Source of the DNA: Deltaproteobacteria bacterium
Lineage (GTDB): Bacteria; Myxococcota_A; UBA9160; UBA4427
NCBI GenBank assembly: GCA_029261835.1
Contig: JAJDAO010000002.1
Coordinates: forward strand, 6,167-70,166
DNA length: 64,000 bases
Direction: 5' to 3'
The first letter of the stretch is position 1, and every line of letters begins with the position of its first letter. Of this stretch, positions 37,584 through 45,628 are shown piece by piece. Made by a program: the position numbers and the translations under genes. The notes below the pieces were generated by a model. It made no database searches. It worked only from the letters and a program-made list of their open reading frames with translations, and was not told the DNA's origin.

Positions 37584-38189
37584 CTACTGCGTCTCTGCAT
37601 CGAGCCTGCGCCGCAGCTCTTCCTGCAGTCGCCTGCCCCCACGACTCACGAGATCGTTCAGCACACGCGGATCATCGAGGACATCGATGACCTCGCTCCC
37701 CGACAGCTCCTTGATGGGCAGGCCAGGCCGATAGCTCTTGCGGCTCTGCACTGACGTCCGCTTCGCACCGCGCCTTTGCGGCTTGTCCAGGTCACGAGCG
37801 AACACGCCAGTGTGGCCGCTGTCCATCGTGGCGATGAATGCGTATCCGATGCGCTTGCGCGGCCCACGCTTCTTGACCTTGAGCGTTACCCCGCGCCTGG
37901 TCATCCGCGCCTTGTACTTGATGAGCGGCACGCGCCTGGCGTGGACTATCAGCGCCGCACTGAAGCCGCCGCGATATGCTCGGCGGGCGCTCAGCGCCGC
38001 TCGAACGTCACGGGCCGGGAGAGTGAGTTCCTCCCGGACCTTCCTGGTGGCCAGCACTCTGGTGAATCGCAGCGCCTCGTTGACGCTGTTCCTGATCACC
38101 TTCTCGCGCAGGCTGCGACCGATCCGGTCGAAATCCTTGAGCACGGCCTTCGAGTCGACGTGGATGTCTACGCCTTGATTCGGCACCAC
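37584..38189 (-). CDS. Minor tail protein Z-like (GPZ family)
   Basis: Basic protein; AFIATMDSGHTGVFAR, LPIKELSG. Confidence 0.75.
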   Translation of the reverse strand: MVPNQGVDIHVDSKAVLKDFDRIGRSLREKVIRNSVNEALRFTRVLATRKVREELTLPARDVRAALSARRAYRGGFSAALIVHARRVPLIKYKARMTRRGVTLKVKKRGPRKRIGYAFIATMDSGHTGVFARDLDKPQRRGAKRTSVQSRKSYRPGLPIKELSGSEVIDVLDDPRVLNDLVSRGGRRLQEELRRRLDAETQ

Positions 38190-38204
38190 ATCCCTCGGTG
38201 ATTC

Positions 38205-38282
38205 TGGTAGCGGCGGCGGGATTTGAACCCGCGATCTCCGGCTTATGAGGCCAGCGAGGTGGCCGAGCTCCTCCACGCCGCA
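38205..38282 (-). tRNA. tRNA-Met(CAT), initiator-like, CCA encoded
   Basis: Cloverleaf TGCGGCG-TG-GAGG-AGCTCGGCCA-CCTC-G-CTGGC-CTCATAA-GCCGG-AGATC-GCGGG-TTCAAAT-CCCGC-CGCCGCT-A-CCA; 1:72 mismatch, A11:U24. Confidence 0.92.
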
Positions 38283-38440
38283 GAAAGGGAAGACCCCGGG
38301 AGCGACGTGCGCCCGGGGTCTTGAGGGTTCGTTCTTTCTGGCTGCTCGCGTTACATGGTGCGCTCCTGCATGAGGTGCGTCCATCTTGAGGAAAAACAGC
38401 GGATTTGCGGGGAAGCGTCAAGCCTGATCACTTGATTTCC

Positions 38441-38538
38441 GTGTCCGCACTGTCCTTAGTGTCCTTACCGTCCGTATTTCTTCCACGTGGAACGTCGAAG
38501 ACGTGTCCTTGCTGTCCTTAGTGTCCTTACCGTCCGTC
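38441..38538. promoter_or_regulatory. Two arrays of four 9-bp direct repeats (putative late-activator sites) with a parS-like palindrome between them
   Basis: (G/C)TGTCCTTA-type units at 38441-38476 and 38503-38538; TCTTCCACGTGGAACG at 38479-38494; TTGACG -35-like on minus strand at 38416-38421. Confidence 0.7.
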
Positions 38539-38784
38539 AATCTCGTTTTTCTCGGCTTTCCCGAGTGACCCGATTTCTCCCATCGACTCCGCTTTGAATC
38601 GCCTCAGCTCGCCGACGCGGAACTTCCACCGCCTTCTGGTCCTGGAGCCGTAGCGCTCTCCATGCAAACTACAGTTCTCGCTCTTCGCCTGGCGCTCGAC
38701 CATGCGTCGACCACTGCCCGCCGGATCCGCGTACCCGAAATACTGTGCAGCCTCGACGCTGCCGACCAGTCTGTCTTCGCTCAC
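38527..38784 (-). CDS. Small HTH DNA-binding protein (putative late activator)
   Basis: LVGSVEAAQYFGY...RRWKFRVGELRRF (xis/MerR-like); last early gene before the repeat arrays. Confidence 0.65.
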   Translation of the reverse strand: MSEDRLVGSVEAAQYFGYADPAGSGRRMVERQAKSENCSLHGERYGSRTRRRWKFRVGELRRFKAESMGEIGSLGKAEKNEIDGR

Positions 38785-39560
38785 ACCACCCCCCTCCGTC
38801 GCAGCAAGCCATCGCGCTCACCGCGGGCACGGATCTTCTCTTCGAACCGGCGCACCCAATAGCGCACGATCTCGTACCGCCACCAGGCCCCGAACTCCGG
38901 CGCCACCGCCTGACCGGCCTCGACGATCACCCCGAAGCTCCCGATCCCGCCGTGATGCCGCGCCAGGGTCGCCAGCCGCGCGAATCGCCAGCGGCGCAGC
39001 TCCCACGCGCTCGGCCGGTGCTCCATGATTGGCTCGATGCGTCGGTACTCGTCGACCATCCGAGCGATCCATTCGGATGTGGCGCCGATCCGCCGGCCCG
39101 TGTCGATCTCGCCCTTGAAGACCGGCACCTCCGAGCCCTCCCAGTCGTCCCCACACCGCGAGCAGATGGCGCGGTAGCGCTGCCGGCCCGTCGTCTCGTG
39201 GTCCTTCGTCTTCACCTCGGTCCGTGTGCCAGGCCGGACCTGGTCGAGTTGAGCTACGGCCAGCCGGTTCGTCGCCCGCTCAAGAGCCTTCTCCGCCGTG
39301 CGGATCTCGCGAGCCAGATCCGCTTCGCCGAGCGAGCTCGTACCGCTGCGAAGCCGGCGCAGTTGTTCCTCGGCCCCCAACTCTGCACGCTCAGCCGCGG
39401 AGAGCGCGCGGAGTCGCGTAGCCGCGAGCGCCGCGCAGCCGCGACACACCGCCCCGCGCATGGCAACAGGATCCTGCGCCTTGGCCCCCGACAGCAGCTC
39501 AGTGAGGCCCGCGTAGCGATTGATGATCTCGTGCTCGTCGTCGTACATGATGCGGCTCAT
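38781..39560 (-). CDS. Hypothetical protein with CxxC pairs (Q-like position)
   Basis: ATGA-coupled to the resolvase; CRGC and CSRC motifs. Confidence 0.55.
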   Translation of the reverse strand: MSRIMYDDEHEIINRYAGLTELLSGAKAQDPVAMRGAVCRGCAALAATRLRALSAAERAELGAEEQLRRLRSGTSSLGEADLAREIRTAEKALERATNRLAVAQLDQVRPGTRTEVKTKDHETTGRQRYRAICSRCGDDWEGSEVPVFKGEIDTGRRIGATSEWIARMVDEYRRIEPIMEHRPSAWELRRWRFARLATLARHHGGIGSFGVIVEAGQAVAPEFGAWWRYEIVRYWVRRFEEKIRARGERDGLLRRRGVV

Positions 39561-40021
39561 CGATTCGCGTCCGCGTACGTGACAGCCACTGCGAGCGCGG
39601 CCCACATATCGGACTTGAATCCGTAGAGCGGTCCCGGCGACGCCTTCAGGCCGATCGCCTGCTGCTTGCTCGGGCCGTAGCGATCTATCAGCGCCTGCCT
39701 GATGTTCGTGTCCTTGGCGCGCATCGAGCCGCAGAGGTGCATCTTGACATCGCGGCGATAGACGCGGGCGAACTCGCCGGGCCACGCCTGTGCGAAGCGG
39801 CCGCTCCAGAAGACCGTCTCGAAGATGGTCTTCCCGACGGCCATCCCATACGATGCGATCCCCTCGATCACGAGCACATCGCCGATAGGGGCCACGTGCT
39901 GCGCCTTGAGAATCGCGAGGATCTCCTTGTTGGGGAGAATCATTCGCTCGAGGACCTTGCCGTCCTCGTACTCGACCAGAGCACTCTGCTCATAGCCCGG
40001 ATCGATGGCCAAGACTCTCAC
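39557..40021 (-). CDS. RuvC-like Holliday junction resolvase
   Basis: VLAIDPG, VLVIEG, VKMHLCG, DMWAALAV. Confidence 0.82.
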   Translation of the reverse strand: MRVLAIDPGYEQSALVEYEDGKVLERMILPNKEILAILKAQHVAPIGDVLVIEGIASYGMAVGKTIFETVFWSGRFAQAWPGEFARVYRRDVKMHLCGSMRAKDTNIRQALIDRYGPSKQQAIGLKASPGPLYGFKSDMWAALAVAVTYADANR

Positions 40022-40896
40022 AGCATCCTCGGCTGCTGCAGCATCTGCTGCTCATTCCGCTTCGCCATGGTCCACCACTGCTCGCGGACCTCGTCCCACC
40101 AGGTGGTGTCGGCCTTGTCCGGCCACTCCTTTCGGAATCGCTCCATGTGCTGGCTGAGCCTCTCCCAGTCGATCGGGTAGAAGTTCACCGGCACGGCTTC
40201 ATGGCCGAGGCGCATCGCGGCAATCATCGTCGCGAGTTGCAGGCCCTGGATGGCGTGCTCTGCGTTCTCGTGATTCTTGGGCGGAACGAGTGTCCCGGCA
40301 CACCAGATCTCGTGAGCAATCTTCGCGATCGGAACCGGATGGCCGTCACCATCGACGACGGTGACTCCGCCGAGCACCTCCGACAGCGCCATGCCGACCG
40401 ACTTCCCTCGCTTGCCTTGTGGGATGCGCGCTGCGTTCTCCACGTTCGCGGCGGCCAGAGCGTCGCGGCGCTTCCGCGGCCCCTCGATGCGGTGCACCTG
40501 CGCATGGCCCAGCGGCGCGCAGTTCGTCGCCCACCGTAGGAGCTGCGGAACATCCAGCGGACCCCCTCGGTCTTCCTCGCCGCGCGCGTCGCGCCGGGCC
40601 CGCCTCACCGCCTTGGCGCAGGCGGTGCGGATCTCCGCGATCGACGGGAGGAACCTCCGCTCCGACTCGTTCTTGAACGCCCTGAGCCCCTCGGTCAGCC
40701 ACGGCAGCGGGATGTCAGCCGTGTCGTCGAGGTACACCCGGATGGTCGGCTCGAGGTCACCGCCGCTCGGAAACGACGCGCATAGCCTCGAGATCAGGCT
40801 CATCCTCTGGCGGGTCTCCGAAGAGCGGACCTTCTCGTCGGTCGATGTCTGCACCGATGCTTCGCATGGCCTGGGTGATGCCGCCTGGCTTCTCAT
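40018..40896 (-). CDS. Replication-associated protein (helicase loader/inhibitor-like N-domain)
   Basis: LCASFP...YLDDTADIP...RFLPSIAEIR, after the initiator; start may be 40803. Confidence 0.55.
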   Translation of the reverse strand: MRSQAASPRPCEASVQTSTDEKVRSSETRQRMSLISRLCASFPSGGDLEPTIRVYLDDTADIPLPWLTEGLRAFKNESERRFLPSIAEIRTACAKAVRRARRDARGEEDRGGPLDVPQLLRWATNCAPLGHAQVHRIEGPRKRRDALAAANVENAARIPQGKRGKSVGMALSEVLGGVTVVDGDGHPVPIAKIAHEIWCAGTLVPPKNHENAEHAIQGLQLATMIAAMRLGHEAVPVNFYPIDWERLSQHMERFRKEWPDKADTTWWDEVREQWWTMAKRNEQQMLQQPRML

Positions 40897-41671
40897 GTTG
40901 ACCTCCGGTGGCGCGTTGGCTGGTGGCCTTGTCGAAGAGCGCGGCGAAGCGGTCGCGTAGCTTCGTCGGCGACTGGACGTTCTTGCGCTCGAAGCTGTCG
41001 CGGACGACCCAGCGGATCACGCACCGGATGTCCGCTTCTGGGATCGGGTCGACGTTCTTCGTCCCCCGGAGCATGAGGTCGAAGACCCTCGCCCACTTGT
41101 CGATCGAGGATGCACGCCGCACGTGGGCGACGTGCTCGGATAGTTCGGCTTCGAAGAGCTTGGCCAAGTCACTGCCCGCCGCCGAAGGCGGAGGTTTACG
41201 TCCCTCGTCCCTCGTCCCTCGTCCCTCGTCCCCCGACCCACTACCCACGGGCGGATCTCCGGGCGTTTCCGCGGATGTCCTGGAACTTCCGCGGATATCA
41301 GCGGACGCCCCTCCGTCGTTCTCAGGCCGCGGGGTGTGGGGTGGATACCGTGACTCTTTCGCCCGACGCCCTTTACCCCGATGCGTCTCCCACCCTGTGA
41401 GTTGCAGGTAGGGCCGGCCGGCCACCTCGTAGAGAACGAGTGGCGGGTCCTCAATAGCCGCAAGCTCCTCGACCCATGCGATGACCACCTCGGCGGTCAC
41501 CGCTGCGCGAACGGGGTAGAGCGCCGCCTTCAACTTCGCCGGTCGCGCGTCGAGCCGGCCGTAGTCGTCGACCGCCACGAGCAGCGCGCGGAACGTGAGA
41601 TCCGCCTCCATGCTCACCAGAGACAGAGACTCGCTATCGTTGATTTCCCCACGGATAACCCGGCTGGGCAC
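40757..41671 (-). CDS. Phage replication initiator
   Basis: DDYGRLDARPAKLKAALYP N-domain, low-complexity linker, DSFERKNVQSPTKLRDRF C-domain. Confidence 0.8.
   Translation of the reverse strand: MPSRVIRGEINDSESLSLVSMEADLTFRALLVAVDDYGRLDARPAKLKAALYPVRAAVTAEVVIAWVEELAAIEDPPLVLYEVAGRPYLQLTGWETHRGKGRRAKESRYPPHTPRPENDGGASADIRGSSRTSAETPGDPPVGSGSGDEGRGTRDEGRKPPPSAAGSDLAKLFEAELSEHVAHVRRASSIDKWARVFDLMLRGTKNVDPIPEADIRCVIRWVVRDSFERKNVQSPTKLRDRFAALFDKATSQRATGGQHEKPGGITQAMRSIGADIDRREGPLFGDPPEDEPDLEAMRVVSERR
41199..41310. repeat. Putative origin iterons inside the initiator gene
   Basis: CGTCCCT heptamer x4-5 (41199-41233) and GCGGAT-led units at 20-bp period (41251-41310). Confidence 0.55.
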
Positions 41672-41703
41672 CGCCCCACCCCCCCCACCAGAGTGCTTGC
41701 CAG

Positions 41704-42093
41704 CTACTCGGTGGCGCTACCCGCTTCGCCTTCGCCTTGATCGGGGTCGGGATCGGGCAGGCCGAGCGCGAGCTGGTTGTCATCGCCCATGTGCATGTCG
41801 ATCTGGAGCGGCTCGCGTGGGCTGCGAACACGAGTGGAGACCGTGCCCTTGAAGTTACCGTTCTTCGCCGCCTTGACCTGCAGCGTGAGGCTGATCGACC
41901 CCTCTGCAGCCGACGTCTGCACGCCGTCATTGAGTTCGGGGAACGACTCGATGACCTCCCGCTCCATGTGCGCCATCACCTGCTTGACGACGCTGCGCTG
42001 TCCGGGCGGAAGCTGCTTGCGCAGCTCTGCCAGTGTCGTACCTGTGCCGACTGCCGCTGCAGGCGCCGGCCCTCCGTTGTCTCTGAATCCCAC
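41704..42093 (-). CDS. Hypothetical phage protein
   Basis: GGAGG RBS, early-operon strand. Confidence 0.6.
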   Translation of the reverse strand: MGFRDNGGPAPAAAVGTGTTLAELRKQLPPGQRSVVKQVMAHMEREVIESFPELNDGVQTSAAEGSISLTLQVKAAKNGNFKGTVSTRVRSPREPLQIDMHMGDDNQLALGLPDPDPDQGEGEAGSATE

Positions 42094-42113
42094 GTTCTTC
42101 CCTCCCCTGCCGC

Positions 42114-42503
42114 CTACCGGCGGCCTGCTAGCCGGCGGCTCTGCGCCTCCGGAGTGATGCGTCGAACGCTCTTGATCCCGGGGCGCTCGGGTTCGGGTCC
42201 GAGCTGGTCTTCGAGTTCGCGAATCCGCAGGCGCAGTGCCGCGTTCTCGCCTCGCTCTCGAGCCTCGCCAAGGATCGGTGTTACGTAGTCGAGCCCGCCG
42301 GTCATCTCGATCAGGTCCGGCATGTCGTCAGGATCGAATCGGTGCGGGTCGTAATCCCCGAGTTCGTGGTGGAGCCGGGCCTGGTACTGGCGCAGCGTCA
42401 TTCTTGATCTGTGCTTTCGGCGCAGATGGTCGGCGAGTCGGCTCATGCAGCCCGCCTCCACCGCCGCGCGCCGCAGCGCCTGCGAGACGGTTTCAATGGC
42501 CAT
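42114..42503 (-). CDS. CII-like regulatory protein
   Basis: Position between cro and initiator; LHHELGDYDPHRFDPDDMPDLIEMTG; start ATG 42503. Confidence 0.55.
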   Translation of the reverse strand: MAIETVSQALRRAAVEAGCMSRLADHLRRKHRSRMTLRQYQARLHHELGDYDPHRFDPDDMPDLIEMTGGLDYVTPILGEARERGENAALRLRIRELEDQLGPEPERPGIKSVRRITPEAQSRRLAGRR

Positions 42504-42664
42504 GGGGGGAGTGGCCTCCTGTGACCGGCGGACTTTCGCCGGGAAAACGCAACAGAGGGCACAATCGCAGTCAGACCCGAACCTCTGTTGCCCTCTGTCC
42601 TTCGGGCACAATGAAAATCGTGATGGCCCAGCCGCGAAGACTCCGCGAGAATCAAGGGGAACAG

Positions 42665-43297
42665 ATGCGGAGACGGCCCTCGCGAGGCCGCCTCCGCGTC
42701 CCCTGCCGTCGGCTGAGAGCCGGCAGGAGAAAACAACTGGAGCCCACTCTTCAACCCTTTGCCGACTCCCTCGGCATTTGGCTTGGCGCAGCCGCCGCAG
42801 TCGTCTCGGCGGTGGCAGGAATCCTCGTGTACCGGCACACGACCCGCCCCGCCCGCCCCGGGGTGCAGGTCCGAACGGCAACTATCCTTCCGGACGGCTC
42901 CGTGTCGGTCTCGCTTCTCGCGGGCTGCCCAAAGGGGCTCTGGGGAAGAATCGTCACAGTGCAGGCGCGCAGACCGTGGGGAACCAAGGTCTCGAACAAG
43001 CTCCGCGCTCAGACAGAGACTACTGACAAGACCAAGCGGGGAACCTTCTTCCGGCGAGCCGTCTTGGACCGCAAACTCCATTCCAGCGGCTTCGCTGGAT
43101 GGGCGTGTGTTCAGCTTCCATCCCGAAAGCAACCCGAGGACTGGAAGGGAGCGATGCTGGCCCTGACCTTCGTGCTGGAGGTGCAGCGAGGATCGCCCAA
43201 GCGATACCGGGAACGCGTCAAGGTCCCCATGGAACTCGGGCGAGAGCTCTCCGATCATCACCACGCCACAACCCCCTCGGCATCCGGCGAACTGTGA
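42665..43297 (+). CDS. Membrane-anchored hypothetical protein (moron)
   Basis: TM LGIWLGAAAAVVSAVAGILVY then beta-rich domain; start uncertain. Confidence 0.45.
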   Translation: MRRRPSRGRLRVPCRRLRAGRRKQLEPTLQPFADSLGIWLGAAAAVVSAVAGILVYRHTTRPARPGVQVRTATILPDGSVSVSLLAGCPKGLWGRIVTVQARRPWGTKVSNKLRAQTETTDKTKRGTFFRRAVLDRKLHSSGFAGWACVQLPSRKQPEDWKGAMLALTFVLEVQRGSPKRYRERVKVPMELGRELSDHHHATTPSASGEL

Positions 43298-43557
43298 TGG
43301 TTTCCAATGTGAAACTTGTGACGAGCACAGCGCGTCGGCAGCGTCGACCACGGCGGAGTCGGCTCGTTGCAGCGCCAGCGTTCGGAACTCGGGAACTGGA
43401 TCCAGTTGGGGATGGAGGTGTCCGCGACATCACCCACGAATTCAACAATCCACTCCAGCCACGGCGGCAGTAAGCAGTTCCTGTCGGCGATCGCCAGCCA
43501 GACGAACAGGTTCGCGATGCAGGCGGCGGCCGTGACCCAGATAAGGATCGACATCAC
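43258..43557 (-). CDS. Small membrane protein
   Basis: AGGAG RBS; N-terminal TM. Confidence 0.45.
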   Translation of the reverse strand: MMSILIWVTAAACIANLFVWLAIADRNCLLPPWLEWIVEFVGDVADTSIPNWIQFPSSERWRCNEPTPPWSTLPTRCARHKFHIGNHHSSPDAEGVVAW

Positions 43558-43604
43558 CGAACTCCTGCTGCTGCTGGGGCGGCGGGGCTGAAAGGAGCGA
43601 TGCG

Positions 43605-44474
43605 TTGCCGAACGAAGACCAGGACCAGGAGCTGCAGGAAGCTATCGCTGAAGGCGTATCGAAGGCGCTGGCGGAGCGAGACGAGGAGAAGGCCAAGGCC
43701 GAGGAAGAGAAGGCTAGGGTCGAGAGCGAGAAACTGCGGAAGGGCAAGTTGGGCTGCCAGGTCTACTTGCTGGGCGTGGTCGCATTGATGGGCACCTGCG
43801 TGCTCCTGGCCGAGTTCGGTCCCAAGGACGAGCCCGATGAGGCCGGTGCACCTGTCGCGCAATCGACGCCGGCCTATCCGGCCCCTGAAACAACAGAGCT
43901 GACGCCCGGCGACCCTGAAGACCCTATCCCTATGTTCGTCATCAGCGCGACCGCCGTTCTGCGCAGTGCTCCGCGCGCCGATGCCGACATCTTGGCTGAG
44001 CGGGAGCGTGGCGACGGCGTCCTCGTGACCCCGGCTGACCCCGAGTCTGATTGGCTCCAGACCCACGTGATCGATCGAACTGGCGACGGATGGGCTCCGC
44101 GCGACGCTTGGGTCCTCGCCTCGCAGGTCGGCTCTAGCAAGGAGGCCATGGTCGCGGCCGGCAAGCTGCGAAACGTCCTGAAAGATCTCCTCGGTGAACC
44201 GGACGGGGCGAAGCGGAACGCGAAGGCGTACTGCGAGAAGGAGTGGCGCACGGACTTCGTGATGCAGAAGGATTGCCTCGAGAGCCAGCGCGCCGGCTGG
44301 GAGTCGTTGCGAGAGGCCGAGAAGCAATTCAAGCTCGGAACTCGCGAGCGCCGCATTCTGGTCGACTGCGTGGCGAAGTGGACCGCCGATCGCAACACCG
44401 GGGTCAACTGGGAGATGGCCGAGCATTGCGCGCGTGAGCAGATCGACGCCTACCGCGCCCTGCAGGCTGAGTGA
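43605..44474 (+). CDS. Single-pass membrane protein with SH3-like and Cys-rich extracytoplasmic domains (moron)
   Basis: AAGGAG RBS; TM VYLLGVVALMGTCVLL; AVLRSAPRADADILAE...W...GW; CEKEW..DFVMQKDC / CVAKW..NWEMAEHC repeat. Confidence 0.7.
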   Translation: MPNEDQDQELQEAIAEGVSKALAERDEEKAKAEEEKARVESEKLRKGKLGCQVYLLGVVALMGTCVLLAEFGPKDEPDEAGAPVAQSTPAYPAPETTELTPGDPEDPIPMFVISATAVLRSAPRADADILAERERGDGVLVTPADPESDWLQTHVIDRTGDGWAPRDAWVLASQVGSSKEAMVAAGKLRNVLKDLLGEPDGAKRNAKAYCEKEWRTDFVMQKDCLESQRAGWESLREAEKQFKLGTRERRILVDCVAKWTADRNTGVNWEMAEHCAREQIDAYRALQAE

Positions 44475-44649
44475 TGCTTTCGCCCTGCCACGCCCCCGAA
44501 TCCCCCCGCCTTGAATCGCCCATGAATTCACTGTGCGGGCCCGCAGAACGCCACAAGAATGGCTGTTCTTGTATTATTGAAGAGCGTCTTGATAAAGCTT
44601 GTGCGAATTCCGTGACGCCTGTGACCGCCGCTGTCACCTCCGGTGTCCA

Positions 44650-44880
44650 TCATGCTGCGGACTTCGGAGTTTCACCGCGGAGAAAGTCTTCGAGGGTGAA
44701 CCCGAGACGCGCGATGTCGATGCGGAAGCTCTCGGCGAGCTTCAGGAGGTTCTCGTTCCCAAGGTTTCCCTGCCCGAGTTCAATCTGGCAGACTCGGCCA
44801 CGCGAAATGCCGAGTGTCTTGCCGAGTTGCTCTTGGGTTAGGCCCAGAGAGATTCGCAGTATCTTGAGAGGACGGTCCAT
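44650..44880 (-). CDS. Cro-like HTH-XRE regulator
   Basis: LRISLGLTQEQLGKTLGISRGRVCQIELG; divergent from cI. Confidence 0.82.
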   Translation of the reverse strand: MDRPLKILRISLGLTQEQLGKTLGISRGRVCQIELGQGNLGNENLLKLAESFRIDIARLGFTLEDFLRGETPKSAA

Positions 44881-44987
44881 GTTTATGGAACATATACTCC
44901 GAAACGCTCTCTGGCAAGGAGACATGTTTAGGGTCCCGCAACTCTGTGAAGTTGCAGGCGAATTTAGGCTCGCTATACGGTGACCAC
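44881..44987. promoter_or_regulatory. Divergent PR/PRM-like promoters with three 17-bp operators
   Basis: Minus TTGCCA-17-TATGTT (44917-44889); plus TTGCAG-18-TACGGT (44952-44981); operators 44881-44897, 44926-44942, 44962-44978 resemble GTTTAG-N5-CTAAAC. Confidence 0.65.
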
Positions 44988-45368
44988 ATGGCAAGCCACT
45001 CGCTTACAGAACCGGCTGATCCCCACCTCTGGATACGCATTGAACTCGCGATGCTGCGCAAAGGACTAAAGCAAGCCGACCTGGCCAGGTTGGTTGGAGT
45101 CACGCCGGGCCGGGTGACGCAATGGAAGAAGGGTGAGGGTGAGCCTGGCGCTGACCGCTACCCGGTCTTGGCTGAAGTCCTGGGCGTAACGGTGGATTGG
45201 CTGATGGGCAAGCAGCTCACTGAGGATCAGGGCGACCTTGAGCGCTGGCTACTGGAGGTTCTGGTGGACGGTGGAGAGGAGTTGGTCGAGATGGCGAAGC
45301 ACCTCGAGACCCACGAGGTTGCGCTCGCGTTGAGGGAGTACCTGAAGCGCGCTAGCCCGGCGGAGTAA
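44988..45368 (+). CDS. CI-like repressor (HTH-XRE, no S24 peptidase domain)
   Basis: KGLKQADLARLVGVTPGRVTQWKKGEGEP...LAEVLGVTVDWL. Confidence 0.85.
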   Translation: MASHSLTEPADPHLWIRIELAMLRKGLKQADLARLVGVTPGRVTQWKKGEGEPGADRYPVLAEVLGVTVDWLMGKQLTEDQGDLERWLLEVLVDGGEELVEMAKHLETHEVALALREYLKRASPAE

Positions 45369-45421
45369 GCTTCTCCCGCAATCGGGTGGGACTGGATGAC
45401 TGCGGGGTTCTCGCGTGAGCC

Positions 45422-45628
45422 ATGAGCGATGATCGACTGCGGTACAGTGACGATGTTGATGAACTCATCCGAAGGGCACGCGACGGGGGTCTCTCGGACC
45501 AGCAGATCATCGACCTACTCACCCGTGGTGATACCTATGCCGAGGTGCGTCAAAGAGCAGAACGCTTTGCAGACGCGCTTGGGATGAGTCGCGCGGAGTT
45601 TGTCAGAAAGGCCGGTTCTCGGGGATAG
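45422..45628 (+). CDS. Small hypothetical protein
   Basis: 68 aa helical ORF downstream of cI, convergent with the Panacea-like gene. Confidence 0.5.
   Translation: MSDDRLRYSDDVDELIRRARDGGLSDQQIIDLLTRGDTYAEVRQRAERFADALGMSRAEFVRKAGSRG

Noticed and set aside
38205..38282. tRNA as the prophage integration site
   Set aside because: It is internal, no duplicated 3' fragment was seen, and the att pair maps to moaA
38441..38538. CRISPR array
   Set aside because: Units are 9 bp without unique spacers, and there are no cas genes
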